Shown piece by piece: positions 15,276-17,329 of a DNA stretch of 17,329 nt. Under the pieces are notes generated by a model, which saw nothing but the letters and a program-made list of their open reading frames with translations, had not been told where the DNA came from and did no database searches. Source of the DNA: Elusimicrobiota bacterium (GTDB taxonomy: Bacteria; CG03; SLGR01; JAGXOG01); the NCBI GenBank assembly GCA_051745145.1, contig JBNJDT010000031.1, positions 1 through 17,329 of the forward strand, read 5' to 3'. The position numbers and the translations under genes were made by a program. How positions within the stretch are numbered: the first letter of the stretch is position 1; the number at the start of each line of letters is the position of its first letter.

Positions 15276-15334
15276 ATTATATATATTTTATCTTATATAA
15301 TTAAAAACGCAATTCACCGGGGAGGCCGGCTATA

Positions 15335-17287
15335 CTATATCCCCCAGAACAGAGAAATAAAGAAAGGAATTACCACTGTAAATATTAACAACAACGGCCC
15401 TCCCGCAACTAAATAATCATGAAATTTATATCCTCCGGGTCCATAGACCATTAAACTGGTCTGATTCCCGACCGGAGAAATGAATGAAGTACTGGCCGCA
15501 AAAGTTACGGCTAAAATAAAAGCAAACGGATTTGCTCCCAGCTGAAAGGCTACCTCTACGGCCACGGGAATCATTAAGACCGCACTGGCACTGGCGCTAA
15601 TAAGGCTGGTTAAAAGTGCTGTAAAAAAGTAAAAAATAGCTAATATAATAATCGAAGGGAAAGTATTTATCATATTTATTAACTGCACAGCGACATACCG
15701 CGCCGCTTTCGTCTGCTCCATAGCCACTCCCAGGGGAATTAATCCGGCCAGCAGGAATATTATATTCCAGTCTATTGCTTCATAGGCAATATCCGCTTTC
15801 ACATTGCCGGTAGCCACCATGGCTATTACTCCCCCTAAAGCGGCAATTGAGATGGGAACAATTCTCATGGCTCCTATAGTAATCACACTTGCTATAATAA
15901 CCAGAGAAGAAATTACATTAAACTTTTCCGGCTCCACTTTATCTTCTTCTACTCTTCCTACAATAAAATTATTTTCCCGGCTTTTCAAACGCTCCAGCAC
16001 CGGTTTATTAACTAAAAGCAAGAGAACATCACCGGTTCTGAATTGAAAATTTCTTAATTTATTTTTCTTAATTTTTTCACCGTGCCTGATAGCCAGTAAA
16101 CTGGAATCGTACCGTTTTAAAAAATTAGCCTGATTAACTGTCTTCCCGATTAAATAAGAGGTATCGGTTACCACCAGTTCTATGACTTCCTGCCCTTTAT
16201 CCGGTTCTTCCAGATCATCCTGGGTTATATTCCCAGAAAGTTCGGTTAATTCTTTTCCTTTTATAAATTCGGATAAAATGTTTTTATCAATCCTTAAGAT
16301 TAACTGATCCCCGGCTGAAAGAGTCTTTACATCCAGCGGCTCCATAAATTTTTGATCGTCCCGGATAAACCTTACTACATCTATACGGGCATCTTTCTGT
16401 TTAAAGGACTCATCTATACTCTTTCCTATTAACGGGGAATCCGGCTCTATCTCAATTTTTGTTAAATGACTGCTGAGTTTATATTCCTCAATAAGATCAT
16501 CTTTACATTTAATCCGGCCGGGTATCAATTTATATCCTATGGTAACCAGATATAAAACTCCTACCGTCAGGACTATAATTCCCAGTTTAGTAAATTCAAA
16601 CATTCCAAAGGGATGGTCAATCAGCCGGGCCGAAATATCACTGGCTAAAATATTGGTGGAAGTACCTAAAAGGGTTAATGTCCCCCCCATCATTGCCCCG
16701 TAAGAAAGAGGGATCAATAATTTGGAAGGTGAAACCTTAGTTCTCCGGGCCAGGTGGGTTATCATGGGTATAAAAGCGGCTACAACCGGGGTGTTATTAA
16801 TAGCTCCGGAGGAGGCCCCGGTCAAACCGGAAATAACTCCTATCTGTTTCCTGGTACTGGAACCGGTAATTGATTCTATTTTACCTCCTAAATACTGGAC
16901 AAGACCGCTATTCTGTAGTCCCCTGCTTATTATAAACATGGACATAACAGTAATTGTGGCATTATTGGCAAATCCGGATAAAGCCTGCCTGAGAGATATT
17001 CCGGTCCACGGCTCTAAGGATACCAGGGCAACAGGAATAGACAGGGATATAAGGCCCAGGGGAAGGGGTTCCCATATATAGAGAATTAATACCAGCAAAG
17101 TTATTGAAAATACCGCACCCATGCCGGCAGTAAAAGTCAACTGGGCAGCTCCGCTTTCAGCCTGTTTGCTTACCGCACCGGCTAAATTAGAAGTCCCTAA
17201 GATAACTAAAATTACGCTTGTCCAGGTTTTTAATTTAAATATTTTATCTTTAAAAATAATTGCCTTCTTAAAATATATTTTTTCCAA
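15335..17287 (-). CDS. SLC13/DASS-type anion permease with two TrkA-C domains
   Basis: SGFAN, INNTPVV, SPSKLLIPLSYGAMMGGTLTLLGTSTN, TrkA-C motifs SPLIGKSI and SYLIGKTV...GDVLLL, and VYGPGGYKFHDY. The TTG start at 17287 has no clear SD; ATG 17122 is an alternative. Confidence 0.9.
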   Translation of the reverse strand: MEKIYFKKAIIFKDKIFKLKTWTSVILVILGTSNLAGAVSKQAESGAAQLTFTAGMGAVFSITLLVLILYIWEPLPLGLISLSIPVALVSLEPWTGISLRQALSGFANNATITVMSMFIISRGLQNSGLVQYLGGKIESITGSSTRKQIGVISGLTGASSGAINNTPVVAAFIPMITHLARRTKVSPSKLLIPLSYGAMMGGTLTLLGTSTNILASDISARLIDHPFGMFEFTKLGIIVLTVGVLYLVTIGYKLIPGRIKCKDDLIEEYKLSSHLTKIEIEPDSPLIGKSIDESFKQKDARIDVVRFIRDDQKFMEPLDVKTLSAGDQLILRIDKNILSEFIKGKELTELSGNITQDDLEEPDKGQEVIELVVTDTSYLIGKTVNQANFLKRYDSSLLAIRHGEKIKKNKLRNFQFRTGDVLLLLVNKPVLERLKSRENNFIVGRVEEDKVEPEKFNVISSLVIIASVITIGAMRIVPISIAALGGVIAMVATGNVKADIAYEAIDWNIIFLLAGLIPLGVAMEQTKAARYVAVQLINMINTFPSIIILAIFYFFTALLTSLISASASAVLMIPVAVEVAFQLGANPFAFILAVTFAASTSFISPVGNQTSLMVYGPGGYKFHDYLVAGGPLLLIFTVVIPFFISLFWGI

Positions 17288-17329
17288 CGCATATTTATTA
17301 TTTTATTTAATTCAGCATAAATTGTAAAT

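Noticed and set aside
15316..15330. CCGG-N5-CCGG hairpin after the SLC13 stop as a terminator
   Set aside because: The stem is only 4-5 bp with no adjacent U-tract, and CCGG is abundant throughout the window.
304..15337. None of the 16 genes ends in TGA (11 TAA, 5 TAG), raising possible TGA recoding or selenocysteine use
   Set aside because: All proteins are full-length under the standard code with no in-frame TGA, and 16 genes are too few to be meaningful in an AT-rich genome.
145..17327. Short alternative ORFs in the track (e.g. 145-363, 3113-3454, 4690-5088, 7450-7941, 11495-11809, 13066-13341, 14275-14532, 16722-17081)
   Set aside because: All lie largely or wholly over well-supported genes, antisense or out of frame, and show no recognisable motifs. 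They are shadow ORFs.

Overview
Bacterial window with 16 credible CDSs and no rRNA, tRNA, CRISPR array or mobile element. A signal-peptide protein with a C-terminal beta-signal, a LolA-like protein and a DsbD-type protein point to a diderm host, and the flavodiiron protein suggests an anaerobe (both inferred). On the + strand, a cupin gene truncated at the window edge and a flavodiiron protein (fprA) converge on 14 consecutive minus-strand genes. In transcription order these are: an SLC13/TrkA-C permease; a DsbD/ScsB-type electron transporter with its normally N-terminal alpha domain at the C-terminus; an amphi-Trp-like protein; an orphan receiver-domain response regulator; arsR-arsC-acr3; a CoA-disulfide reductase-rhodanese-TusA-DsrE2 fusion; and a six-gene envelope operon (TetR, LolD-like ATPase, two LolC/E-like permeases, LolA-like protein, putative outer-membrane beta-barrel). 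Four near-consensus sigma70 promoters and two operator-like palindromes are readable directly. The best candidates for under-described biology are the TetR-controlled Lol-like trans-envelope system, the permuted ScsB/DsbD, the ars/persulfide-relay juxtaposition, the altered substrate motifs of the SLC13 permease and strong CCGG over-representation. All family calls come from motif recognition by eye; no database searches were run.
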